Positions 1 through 8,077 of a stretch of 51,895 nt of DNA are shown in pieces. The position numbers and the translations under genes are program-made. The notes beneath the pieces were generated by a model. That model had not been told where the DNA came from and ran no database searches. It saw nothing but the letters and a program-made list of their open reading frames with translations. Within the stretch, counting starts at the first letter, position 1; each line of letters opens with the position of its first letter. Origin of the DNA: a bacterium (GTDB lineage Bacteria; Patescibacteriota; Microgenomatia; UBA12405); assembly GCA_029561175.1 (NCBI GenBank), contig JAKQJL010000041.1, positions 1-51,895 of the forward strand, given 5' to 3'.

Positions 1-231
1 AAAATAATCGGTATTCGTAAAAAAAATAATATTATCTGACAATAAGATTTTATTAATGATTTTTGGAGCTAATACTTGATGTTTAATTTTAGTATCTAAT
101 GGAAACTGTCCACCATTAATATTGGTAAGTTCCTCGTCCATCTCACTAACCGGTTGTTTTGATATTGATCTTAGATAACGAACAAGAGTTGTTTTACCCG
201 TAAGCGAAGCACCAATAACAATTAATTTCAT
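1..231 (-). CDS. P-loop kinase (NMP/shikimate-kinase-like), runs off the window start
   Basis: Not in the ORF track. Manual translation from the ATG at 231: MKLIVIGASLTGKTTLVRYLRSISKQPVSEMDEEL..., an N-terminal Walker A, open to position 1. Confidence 0.75.
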   Translation of the reverse strand, partial: MKLIVIGASLTGKTTLVRYLRSISKQPVSEMDEELTNINGGQFPLDTKIKHQVLAPKIINKILLSDNIIFFTNTDYF

Positions 232-295
232 ACCTAAGTTTAACAAAATTTCGAATCCAACCTAAACATCATAAATATAAACGAAATGAGTCGAA

Positions 296-369
296 TGGTT
301 GCCCCGCATGGATTCGAACCACAGTAAACAGCTCCAAAGGCTGCTGTCCTACCATTAGACGACGGGGCA
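296..369 (-). tRNA. tRNA-Gln(TTG), CCA encoded
   Basis: Cloverleaf TGCCCCG...CGGGGCA-ACCA; anticodon arm GCAGC-CTTTGGA-GCTGT; T-loop TTCGAAT. Confidence 0.95.
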
Positions 370-382
370 TTGTAATTTTATG

Positions 383-464
383 TGCCGATGAGAGGACTCG
401 AACCTCCACACCTTGCGGCATACGCACCTCAAGCGTACGTGTATACCAATTTCACCACATCGGC
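383..464 (-). tRNA. tRNA-Leu(GAG)
   Basis: Anticodon arm TACGC-TTGAGGT-GCGTA; long variable arm; GGTTCGAGTCC. Confidence 0.95.
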
Positions 465-502
465 ATTATTTGTCTAAAGAGCAAAGTATTATATCAAGTT
501 TG

Positions 503-575
503 TGGTCGTTGAGGGACTCGGACCCCCGACACCATCGATGTAAACGATGTGCTCTACCAACTGAGCTAAACGACC
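503..575 (-). tRNA. tRNA-Val(TAC), T-loop TCCGAGT
   Basis: GGTCGTTTAGCTCAGTTGGTAGAGC; anticodon arm CATCG-TTTACAT-CGATG. Confidence 0.93.
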
Positions 576-628
576 AGTGGCTATATTTTATCAAAAAAGG
601 GGATTATTACGAAACTAAAAACACTTTG

Positions 629-701
629 AGCGAGAGACGGGACTCGAACCCGCGGCCTTCTCCTTGGCAAGGAGACGCTCCACCAATTGAGCTACTCTCG
701 C
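629..701 (-). tRNA. tRNA-Gly(GCC)
   Basis: GCGAGAG acceptor; anticodon arm TCTCC-TTGCCAA-GGAGA; U73. Confidence 0.95.
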
Positions 702-753
702 AAACATCTTATTATACTAACCACTATCTATTAATTACTAGATACTGGCTATG

Positions 754-826
754 TGCCGAAGGTTGGACTCGAACCAACATCCCAGGTTTTTCAGACCAGT
801 GCCGTGACCATCTTGGCTACTTCGGC
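754..826 (-). tRNA. tRNA-Phe(GAA)
   Basis: GCCGAAG acceptor; anticodon loop CTGAAAA; GGTTCGAGTCC; one T.T mismatch in the anticodon stem. Confidence 0.92.
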
Positions 827-861
827 TAGAAGTGTTTTTATTATATCAAATAATTTCTTAG

Positions 862-943
862 TGCCGACGAGAGGACTCGAACCTCCACGGATTGCTCCAT
901 ACGCTTCTGAAACGTACGTGTATACCAATTTCACCACGTCGGC
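862..943 (-). tRNA. tRNA-Leu(CAG)
   Basis: Anticodon arm TACGT-TTCAGAA-GCGTA; variable arm GGAGCAATCC. Confidence 0.95.
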
Positions 944-1007
944 AAGATAGTTGTATTTTACCTTAAATCTTTTACTCTTAATTATTTTTGATAAAATAAC
1001 AAGTACT

Positions 1008-1081
1008 GCGGGATTAGTTAATCGGTATAACTTCACTTTTCCAAAGTGAAATGATGGGTTCGACTCCCATATCCCGCTCCA
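1008..1081 (+). tRNA. tRNA-Gly(TCC), CCA encoded
   Basis: GCGGGAT...ATCCCGC-TCCA; anticodon arm TCACT-TTTCCAA-AGTGA. Confidence 0.93.
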
Positions 1082-1118
1082 TACACAAAAAGCTAACAAA
1101 ATCTCCTATAATCAATTT

Positions 1119-1589
1119 GTGACCATAATCAAAACCAGCAAAATCAAAGTACTATTCTGCAACCTAATCCTTACTGCTGTTTCATATCTTTTATTTTCAA
1201 TAATATACGATTACCTAAACTACAGCACTATTCCAACGAGGCACCACCATCCAGATTATTTTGGTTTACTATTTACTCCAATTTATTTCTCCTTGACCAC
1301 TTTGGCCAACTTTATGCTTTTTTATTATTTAATTATTCTCGATCGAGTCAAAATTATTTTAAAACCAACCGGTATCGATAACCAATCTACAATTAATCCT
1401 AAGCTCAATGAATTTATTAAATGGCAAGACATCGATTATTTTAATAAAGACACTACTGCCGGAATTATTCATGGAGTCAAAAAAAATAAAGAATCTTTCA
1501 CTATCAACTTAGCGTTCGCTTCCGGCAAAGTTTCCGACAACTTTAAAACAATCTGTGATTATTTTAAAAAATACCAAAAACTAAACTAG
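1119..1589 (+). CDS. Hypothetical membrane protein (two TM segments plus soluble C-terminal domain)
   Basis: 156-aa ORF with two hydrophobic stretches. Confidence 0.65.
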   Translation: MTIIKTSKIKVLFCNLILTAVSYLLFSIIYDYLNYSTIPTRHHHPDYFGLLFTPIYFSLTTLANFMLFYYLIILDRVKIILKPTGIDNQSTINPKLNEFIKWQDIDYFNKDTTAGIIHGVKKNKESFTINLAFASGKVSDNFKTICDYFKKYQKLN

Positions 1590-2093
1590 TACTGCCTTTA
1601 AAATAAACTCTTTTTGTTTTTCACTTTGGCCATTTAGAGTCGTCATCACCACTGTCCAAAAAATCGACATGGCCATTTCTTTAGTTGCCATATCTTTTCG
1701 AAAAACATTTTGTTTTTTACCTTCCTCAACCACTTCTTCAATTATTCCAAAACTATGTTTTCTGTCTAAAATATAACCAATAAACACTTTAAATTCTTCC
1801 TGATAACTCAATACAAATTCTTTTTCAGCTTCAATAATTTTTTTTAATTTTTCTTTAACATCGGTAATATTTTTTATCTTATTTTCAATTAGCTCACGAA
1901 ATCTTTTTTCTCCCTCAAGTATTATGGCATCAAACAAATCTTGTTTACTCTTAAAATAATAATATACCGTTCCTTTAGCCACTTTTGCTTTTAAACTAAT
2001 TTCATCCACACTGGCTTTTTCAAAACCATCACGAGCGAATATTTTTGCAGCCTCTTCTAGAATTTTTCCTTTTTTATTTTTTTCGATACTCAT
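1581..2093 (-). CDS. TetR/AcrR family transcriptional regulator
   Basis: N-terminal HTH ILEEAAKIFARDGFEKASVDEISLKAKVAKGTVYYYFKSKQDL. Confidence 0.95.
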   Translation of the reverse strand: MSIEKNKKGKILEEAAKIFARDGFEKASVDEISLKAKVAKGTVYYYFKSKQDLFDAIILEGEKRFRELIENKIKNITDVKEKLKKIIEAEKEFVLSYQEEFKVFIGYILDRKHSFGIIEEVVEEGKKQNVFRKDMATKEMAMSIFWTVVMTTLNGQSEKQKEFILKAVLV

Positions 2094-3786
2094 ATACTTT
2101 TCTAAAACTAATTAAACTAAACATTACTACCGACATTATAACCAACATTCTTAAATCTTTAACTACTACCCAACTTTGATTCCCAGAAATTATTTCTCGA
2201 TAAGCCGAAACTGCATAAGTCATTGGCAACCAAGGATTAATTTTTTGGAAAAAAGAGGGGAGTGTTTCCAATGGGTACGACCCAGCACTACCAGTTAATT
2301 GCAACATCAAAATAATGATGGCCACAAATTTCCCCGCCATTTTAAGTTTTAAATTTAGCCATAATTGAATTAAAAAATACGTCCAAGACAGAATTGTTCC
2401 CAATAAATAGTATTTAAAAACATCATTAACTTCCAAGCCAATTAATTTTCGCAAAACAATTCCCAAAACCAAGTTTTGAACTAATCCTACTAATAATCCA
2501 AAACCAAATTTTGTTTTAAATTTATTTTTTTCTTCAAAATCAATTAAGAAAAATATCGCCATAGCTCCCACCCACAACGATAGGGGAATAAAATATGGCG
2601 CAAATCCAGTACCGTTATTGGCCACCAAATCAATCGAAATATCTTTTATGGTAACTGGACCCGACATTACTTTTTGTTGTTTTTGATTTTTTTTAAAATC
2701 GGTTTTTTCTTCAGCTTTTTTCGTCGCCTCAGCTAATTTATTTTTTAACTCAGTAATTCCATCCAAAGCTTTGTTTAATCCATTATTCAATTCGGTTTGA
2801 CCATTCTTAATTTTTTCTATCCCAACTAACAATTCATCACTACCATTCTTAGCTTTATATAAATTCTCTCGTAAACTGGCACTTCCGGTTGCCAAATCAT
2901 TCGCCCCCACCATTAAACTTTTACTACCAACTACCAATTGCTTAGTACCAACCGACACTTGGTTTGCCGCCCCCAGGGCAGTTCGCAGTTCAGCAGACAT
3001 TGTTGCCTCAGGATGGCTAGCAAAATAGCTATTTAAAGACCCAATAATTAGTGTTAAACCATTATCAACATTTGAGATTCCGCTACTCACACTCGACACT
3101 CCAACATTTAATTGGTTAGCCCCATTGTTTAATCTTTCTGCTCCACTACTAAGTTCTCCTAAGCCATTTTTCAAATCATAAATTCCACTGTTTAACTTAT
3201 CAGTACCTTTAAACAAATCATCCCCTCCAGTAATTGCTTTTTCTAAACCATCTTCTAGCTTAACACTACCATCAACTGCTTTCCCCAAATCTTTGGCCGA
3301 ATCACGAGTTGAATCAAAAATATTTTCAAAATACTTTTCAGTAATTTTCTCATTTAAATTGGCCTTAATTTTAAACATGGCCGTATCGGCAAATTTAGCC
3401 GCCATAAAACTCGAAGTTGGTCGTGATTTAAATTCAATCTCGGCTTTTTTTGGGTTACTGCCATCTACCGACTTAATTATGTTTGTAAAATCTTTTGGAA
3501 TTACTGCCATGGCGTAATATTGCTTATTTAGCAAACCTTTTTCAGCGTTATTTAAATCTACAAACTGCCAATTCATCGACCGATTTTCTTTTAAATTTTC
3601 TACCAAATCATTCCCTAAATTATTGCCAGAACTACCCACATCTAAATTAACAATTGCCACCGGCACATTTTCTATTTTTGCGTACGGATCCCAAAAAGCA
3701 TATAAATACAAAGCCCCGTAAATTAACGGCAAAATAGTGACAGCTACCAAGGTAGCCCAAAACATTTTAGTATTAACTTTATTCAT
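2074..3786 (-). CDS. YhgE/Pip family membrane protein
   Basis: YLYAFWDPY..NVPVAIVNLD N-domain, X-X-X-L-X-X-G heptads, NNGTGFAPYFIPLSLWVGA, C-terminal TM bundle. Confidence 0.92.
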   Translation of the reverse strand: MNKVNTKMFWATLVAVTILPLIYGALYLYAFWDPYAKIENVPVAIVNLDVGSSGNNLGNDLVENLKENRSMNWQFVDLNNAEKGLLNKQYYAMAVIPKDFTNIIKSVDGSNPKKAEIEFKSRPTSSFMAAKFADTAMFKIKANLNEKITEKYFENIFDSTRDSAKDLGKAVDGSVKLEDGLEKAITGGDDLFKGTDKLNSGIYDLKNGLGELSSGAERLNNGANQLNVGVSSVSSGISNVDNGLTLIIGSLNSYFASHPEATMSAELRTALGAANQVSVGTKQLVVGSKSLMVGANDLATGSASLRENLYKAKNGSDELLVGIEKIKNGQTELNNGLNKALDGITELKNKLAEATKKAEEKTDFKKNQKQQKVMSGPVTIKDISIDLVANNGTGFAPYFIPLSLWVGAMAIFFLIDFEEKNKFKTKFGFGLLVGLVQNLVLGIVLRKLIGLEVNDVFKYYLLGTILSWTYFLIQLWLNLKLKMAGKFVAIIILMLQLTGSAGSYPLETLPSFFQKINPWLPMTYAVSAYREIISGNQSWVVVKDLRMLVIMSVVMFSLISFRKVYEYRKK

Positions 3787-3806
3787 ATACTGACCAGTCA
3801 GTATAT
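3785..3806. promoter_or_regulatory. Probable TetR operator
   Basis: Perfect inverted repeat ATATACTGAC-CA-GTCAGTATAT spanning the pip start codon and the -10 box. Confidence 0.8.
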
Positions 3807-3831
3807 TATTTTAATAATTAATCTTTGTCAA
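3803..3831 (-). promoter_or_regulatory. Sigma70 promoter of the pip-tetR operon
   Basis: TTGACA (3826-3831), 17 bp, TAATAT (3803-3808) on the minus strand. Confidence 0.75.
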
Positions 3832-3865
3832 CTAATTTAAAAAAATTGCTATAATACCCATATCC

Positions 3866-3950
3866 GCCGCCATGGTGAAACTGGTATACACGCAAGACTT
3901 AAAATCTTGTGCTCTCAAAAAGCGTGGGGGTTCGATTCCCTCTGGCGGCA
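3866..3950 (+). tRNA. tRNA-Leu(TAA)
   Basis: Anticodon arm CAAGA-CTTAAAA-TCTTG; long variable arm; preceded by TGCTATAAT (3847-3855). Confidence 0.94.
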
Positions 3951-3974
3951 CCCACTTTGACATCGAAGCAAACG

Positions 3975-4005
3975 GGTTTACCCGCCAAAGCTTCGCGAAG
4001 GCGGG
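3975..4005. repeat. Short GC-rich palindromic element, copy 1
   Basis: GGTTTACCCGCCAAAGCTTCGCGAAGGCGGG; closely similar to 19252-19283. Confidence 0.75.
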
Positions 4006-4075
4006 GATTGGCGCAATTGGCTAGCGCGCATGGTTTGGGACCATGAGGCTGCAGGTTCGAATCCTGTATCCCCGA
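4002..4075 (+). tRNA. tRNA-Pro(TGG)
   Basis: CGGGGAT...ATCCCCG-A; anticodon arm CATGG-TTTGGGA-CCATG. Confidence 0.95.
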
Positions 4076-4078
4076 CTC

Positions 4079-4645
4079 ATGAATAATATTTGGAAAATAT
4101 CAACAACTTGTTTGCTGATTATTGTTTCTATTCTTCTTTACTTACTACTCTTAACAAAAACACCTCCTACAGCTACCTCTATCCCGACACCTACTTCTAT
4201 TCCAACTTCTACACCCACACCAAAAATTGAACCCACCTCCATTCCAACATTAAAACCAGTTATCAACGGATCTTCTATTAACAATATTAAATATCAACTA
4301 CCTTCTAACTGGAAAGCTCAAATCCGTGACAATCACCTATATCTTTCTCCCAACGAAGGTGGTGGTTATTTATCTATTGGTACTTACAGTTATCAATCAG
4401 ACATTGGTCGAAGAGAATATTACTGTCAAATTCGCCAAGTTTGTATTAATGAAACTACTTTTACTAGTCTAAAAATTGGTAATATTTCTGGATATTTAGC
4501 TCAATCAATTGATAATAGTGGTGGTGGATCAGAATATTTTGGTGCTAAAGGAGATAAATTTTATGTCATCAATACCTACAATCCACCACTACCAAACGAA
4601 TTTCACAATAACTACCAAAAAGTATTGGATTCACTAATTTTCTAA
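4079..4645 (+). CDS. Membrane-anchored exported protein with Pro/Thr linker
   Basis: Start moved to ATG 4079 because the track start lies inside tRNA-Pro; N-terminal TM, TSIPTPT repeats, globular C-domain. Confidence 0.75.
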   Translation: MNNIWKISTTCLLIIVSILLYLLLLTKTPPTATSIPTPTSIPTSTPTPKIEPTSIPTLKPVINGSSINNIKYQLPSNWKAQIRDNHLYLSPNEGGGYLSIGTYSYQSDIGRREYYCQIRQVCINETTFTSLKIGNISGYLAQSIDNSGGGSEYFGAKGDKFYVINTYNPPLPNEFHNNYQKVLDSLIF

Positions 4646-4670
4646 ATTATTTTTTGGAGTATAATTACTT

Positions 4671-5105
4671 ATGCTTCCATTAGAACAAATGTTCATTGTT
4701 ATCGGCCTTTTATTAGCTCTACTCGAGCTGGTTATGGGCATTGCTACCGGGTTTGATTTAGTATTAGTAGGTACTATTTTAATAATCGGTGGATTTTTAG
4801 GCAACATATTTCAAAACACCTACATCACCCTTGGTAGTTCAATTGTTTTAGGTGTGGCTTATCTTTGGTTTGGTCGATCTTTTATCAAACAAAAACTGAT
4901 TATTGTTACCAAACACACTAACATCGATAAATTAATCGGTAAAACCGGAGTGGTAGTTAGATCAATTACCCCCGATACCGCTGGTATGGTTCGGGTTGGC
5001 GATGAAGATTGGCGAGCTAGTAGTGACGATGTCTTATACGAAAAAGACAAAATCACCGTTAAAATGATTGAAGGCGTTACATTAATAGTTAAAAAATTAT
5101 CATGA
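4671..5105 (+). CDS. NfeD family protein
   Basis: Hydrophobic N-terminus plus LIGKTGVV...GMVRVGDEDWRA OB-fold; adjacent to an SPFH gene. Confidence 0.9.
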   Translation: MLPLEQMFIVIGLLLALLELVMGIATGFDLVLVGTILIIGGFLGNIFQNTYITLGSSIVLGVAYLWFGRSFIKQKLIIVTKHTNIDKLIGKTGVVVRSITPDTAGMVRVGDEDWRASSDDVLYEKDKITVKMIEGVTLIVKKLS

Positions 5106-5944
5106 CCTTTGAAAGCATTATTTTTTGGATAGTCTTAATTACCGTTATTACCGCTCTTTTAAAGAGCTTTCGAATTGTTAAACAATACGAAAAAGGTATT
5201 GTGGTTCGTTTGGGAAAATATAGTCACACCGTTGATTCTGGTATTACTCTTCTAACTCCTTTTGTCGACTCGATTATTTTAGTTGACATGCGCGAAAAGG
5301 TGATGAACGTTCAACCTCAAAAAGTCATCACCAAAGATAACGTTTCGGTTATCGTCGACGCTGTTATCTACTACAAAGTTGTCGACCCTGTTAAAGCCGA
5401 ATTCGAAATCGAAGATTTCGATTATGCCGCTACCACTTTAGCTCAAACTAATTTAAGAAATTTAATTGGAGATAAATCTCTTGATGAAACTTTAACTGCT
5501 CGCGACAGCATCAACACTTCTCTTCGCCAAGTACTCGATGAATCTACTAATGCTTGGGGTGTAAAGGTAACCAAAGTTGAACTTCAAAAAATCGATCCAC
5601 CTCAAGATATCACCGATGCCATGAGCCAACAGATGAAGGCTGAACGAGAAAAAAGAGCCCGAATCTTGGAAGCAGAAGGTTTCCGACAATCCGAAATTTT
5701 AAAAGCCGAGGGAGATGCTAAATCTCGTTTACTTCGTGCTGAAGCTGAAGCCAAATCAGTTGAAATGGTTGCAAAAGCCGCTGAAAGTACTTTTACTGAT
5801 CGTGCCCAAAAACTTCGACAATTTGAAGTTGCCGAAAAAGTCCTCGGTGGAGAATCAACTAAATTCGTATTACCTTCGAATGGTGAATTAGTCAATGTTC
5901 TCAACCTTGAAGGAAGTGGTAAAATCGTTCCTCTAAAAAAATAA
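5102..5944 (+). CDS. SPFH/band 7 (stomatin-like) protein
   Basis: QKVITKDNVSVIVDAVIYY, AWGVKVTKVELQKIDPP, QMKAEREKRA. Confidence 0.95.
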   Translation: MTFESIIFWIVLITVITALLKSFRIVKQYEKGIVVRLGKYSHTVDSGITLLTPFVDSIILVDMREKVMNVQPQKVITKDNVSVIVDAVIYYKVVDPVKAEFEIEDFDYAATTLAQTNLRNLIGDKSLDETLTARDSINTSLRQVLDESTNAWGVKVTKVELQKIDPPQDITDAMSQQMKAEREKRARILEAEGFRQSEILKAEGDAKSRLLRAEAEAKSVEMVAKAAESTFTDRAQKLRQFEVAEKVLGGESTKFVLPSNGELVNVLNLEGSGKIVPLKK

Positions 5945-5949
5945 ACTAG

Positions 5950-7068
5950 ATGAAACCATCGTTTTTTAAAACCATTACTGGTCAGCAGATCCCTTTGCCG
6001 GTGTTTTTTCCAGATGCTACCAGAGCCGTTTTAAAAACCCTGGATTCTACCGATATTGCTTCCACTAAAACCCCAGGGGTTCTAGTCAATACTTTTCATC
6101 TATATAACACCCCTGGTGGCTCAGTAATCAAAGAACATCAAGGCGTCCGTAATTTTATGAATTGGAACGGTGGGTGCATTTCCGACTCGGGTGGATTTCA
6201 AGTTATGTCGGTTGCCAAGCAATTTAGCGGTAATGATTCGGTTACCGATAAAGGAGTTACTTTTAAGCTTCCAGGAACTTCCAAAAAAATTATTTTTACT
6301 CCTCAAATATCAATCGATTTTCAGTTTATTCTTAAAACCGATATGGTAGTTGTCTTAGATGATTTTACCGATTTACAGGCTAATGAACAACGTCAACGCG
6401 AAACTGTTGAACGAACTATTAAATGGGCCAAAGAATGTAAAAAGATTTTTGTTAAAAACTGCGAACAAAGAAAACTTCCTCCAGAAAAACGTCCTTATCT
6501 GCTTGGAGTAGTTCAAGGTGGCCACAATTTAGAGTTAAGACGTGAGTGTACGGAGCGTTTGGTGGAAATTGGTTTTGATGGTTTAGGTTACGGCGGTTGG
6601 CCTATGACCGACGATGGTGATTTTAATTTTGATATCCCCAAAGTTATTGGTGAAAATTGTCCAGATGATTATTTACTCTATGGTTTAGGAGTTGGTAAAC
6701 CACAAGAAATTGTTCAAATGGTTAAAATGGGCTGGAATGTTTTTGATTGTGTTCTCCCTACCAGAGATGCTCGTCATAAACGTTTATACGTCTATAATGC
6801 CGAAACAATAGATCATATCGATGTTAATCAAGATAAGTTTTATTCTTATTTTGTTCCCGATAAAGAAAAATATTATCACGACCAACTACCCGTTAGCGGC
6901 GCTTGTGATTGTTTACTTTGTCAACATTACACTCGGGCTTATTTGCGTCACTTATTTAGCATTGGTGAAATGACCTCGGGCCGATTAGCCACTATTCACA
7001 ATCTTCGGTTTTATTCAATTCTGATGGAAAAGCTTCGACCAATTTATGAAAAAGTTTCTCAGCCTTAA
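5950..7068 (+). CDS. tgt: tRNA-guanine transglycosylase
   Basis: NTFHL, DSGGFQV, VQGG, FDCVLPTR, Zn site CDCLLC...HN. Confidence 0.92.
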   Translation: MKPSFFKTITGQQIPLPVFFPDATRAVLKTLDSTDIASTKTPGVLVNTFHLYNTPGGSVIKEHQGVRNFMNWNGGCISDSGGFQVMSVAKQFSGNDSVTDKGVTFKLPGTSKKIIFTPQISIDFQFILKTDMVVVLDDFTDLQANEQRQRETVERTIKWAKECKKIFVKNCEQRKLPPEKRPYLLGVVQGGHNLELRRECTERLVEIGFDGLGYGGWPMTDDGDFNFDIPKVIGENCPDDYLLYGLGVGKPQEIVQMVKMGWNVFDCVLPTRDARHKRLYVYNAETIDHIDVNQDKFYSYFVPDKEKYYHDQLPVSGACDCLLCQHYTRAYLRHLFSIGEMTSGRLATIHNLRFYSILMEKLRPIYEKVSQP

Positions 7069-8077
7069 TTTTGGTTGCCGGGTTAACTCTGCCGAAATTA
7101 ATCAACTTTCCCAATCTTTTATCGATCAAGGGTTCATTCCCTCCAAAGATCAACCTGATATTATTTTAGTCAATACTTGCGCTATTACTAAAAAAGGGGA
7201 GTACGAATCAATTTCAAAAATTAAAAAACTATTAATCGATTACCCCAAAGCAACTATTATTGCCACTGGTTGTGCCGATCTTTCAAAAATTACTCCTACT
7301 AAAAATTTTCAAATTTACGACAAAAAAAATCTTCCCGAAAAATATACTCATCAGATAAAAGACAAATTTAGCCATACTAATCGATATATCTTAAGAGTTC
7401 AAACTGGTTGCACTTCATTTTGTAGCTACTGCATTGTTCCTACTAAAAGAACTACCCTTTGGTCAATGCCACTTGACCAAGCTGTTAGCCTAACTAATCA
7501 AGCCATCCAAGATGGCTACCAAGAAATTATTATTACCGGAATCAATCTTAATCAATACACTCCAGGGCTATCAAACCTAGTTGAAGCCTTATTAACTCAA
7601 ACCAAAATTTCACTGATTAGTTTTGGTTCACTACCACTTCTCTGTATCGACGACAAATTAATAGATTTATTTAAAAATTTTGAATTTAGAATTAAAAATT
7701 TTGTTCATATCCCTCTCCAGTCAGGCTCAGACAAAATTTTGAAACTAATGAATCGTCCCTATAATCAACAAAAAATCATTTCTATTATTAAAAATTTCAA
7801 ATTTCAAATTAAAAATTTATCTCTGGGTACTGATATTATTGTTGGCTTCCCCAACGAAACCGAATCTGATTTCCAAGAAACTTATAATTTGTGTCAATCA
7901 ATTGGCTTTCAAAAAATTCATGTCTTTCGCTATTCACCTCGGCCTCAAACCAAAGCTAAAGAAATCTTTTTAAATTCTCCTAAAATTTCTAAAGAAATCA
8001 TTAAAGCCCGTTCCCAAAAATTACGTTCTCTCAACGGCCAAACCACACTTCCATCTCATCAAACACCGGAAAACTAA
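7046..8077 (+). CDS. mtaB: Radical SAM tRNA methylthiotransferase, MtaB-like (no TRAM domain)
   Basis: UPF0004 GCRVN/VNTC/ATGC, CTSFCSYC, HIPLQSGSD, DIIVGFPNE, HVFRYSPR. Confidence 0.8.
   Translation: MKKFLSLNFGCRVNSAEINQLSQSFIDQGFIPSKDQPDIILVNTCAITKKGEYESISKIKKLLIDYPKATIIATGCADLSKITPTKNFQIYDKKNLPEKYTHQIKDKFSHTNRYILRVQTGCTSFCSYCIVPTKRTTLWSMPLDQAVSLTNQAIQDGYQEIIITGINLNQYTPGLSNLVEALLTQTKISLISFGSLPLLCIDDKLIDLFKNFEFRIKNFVHIPLQSGSDKILKLMNRPYNQQKIISIIKNFKFQIKNLSLGTDIIVGFPNETESDFQETYNLCQSIGFQKIHVFRYSPRPQTKAKEIFLNSPKISKEIIKARSQKLRSLNGQTTLPSHQTPEN

Noticed and set aside
413..1099. ORFs 413-829, 753-950 and 791-1099
   Set aside because: Shadows of the tRNA cluster.
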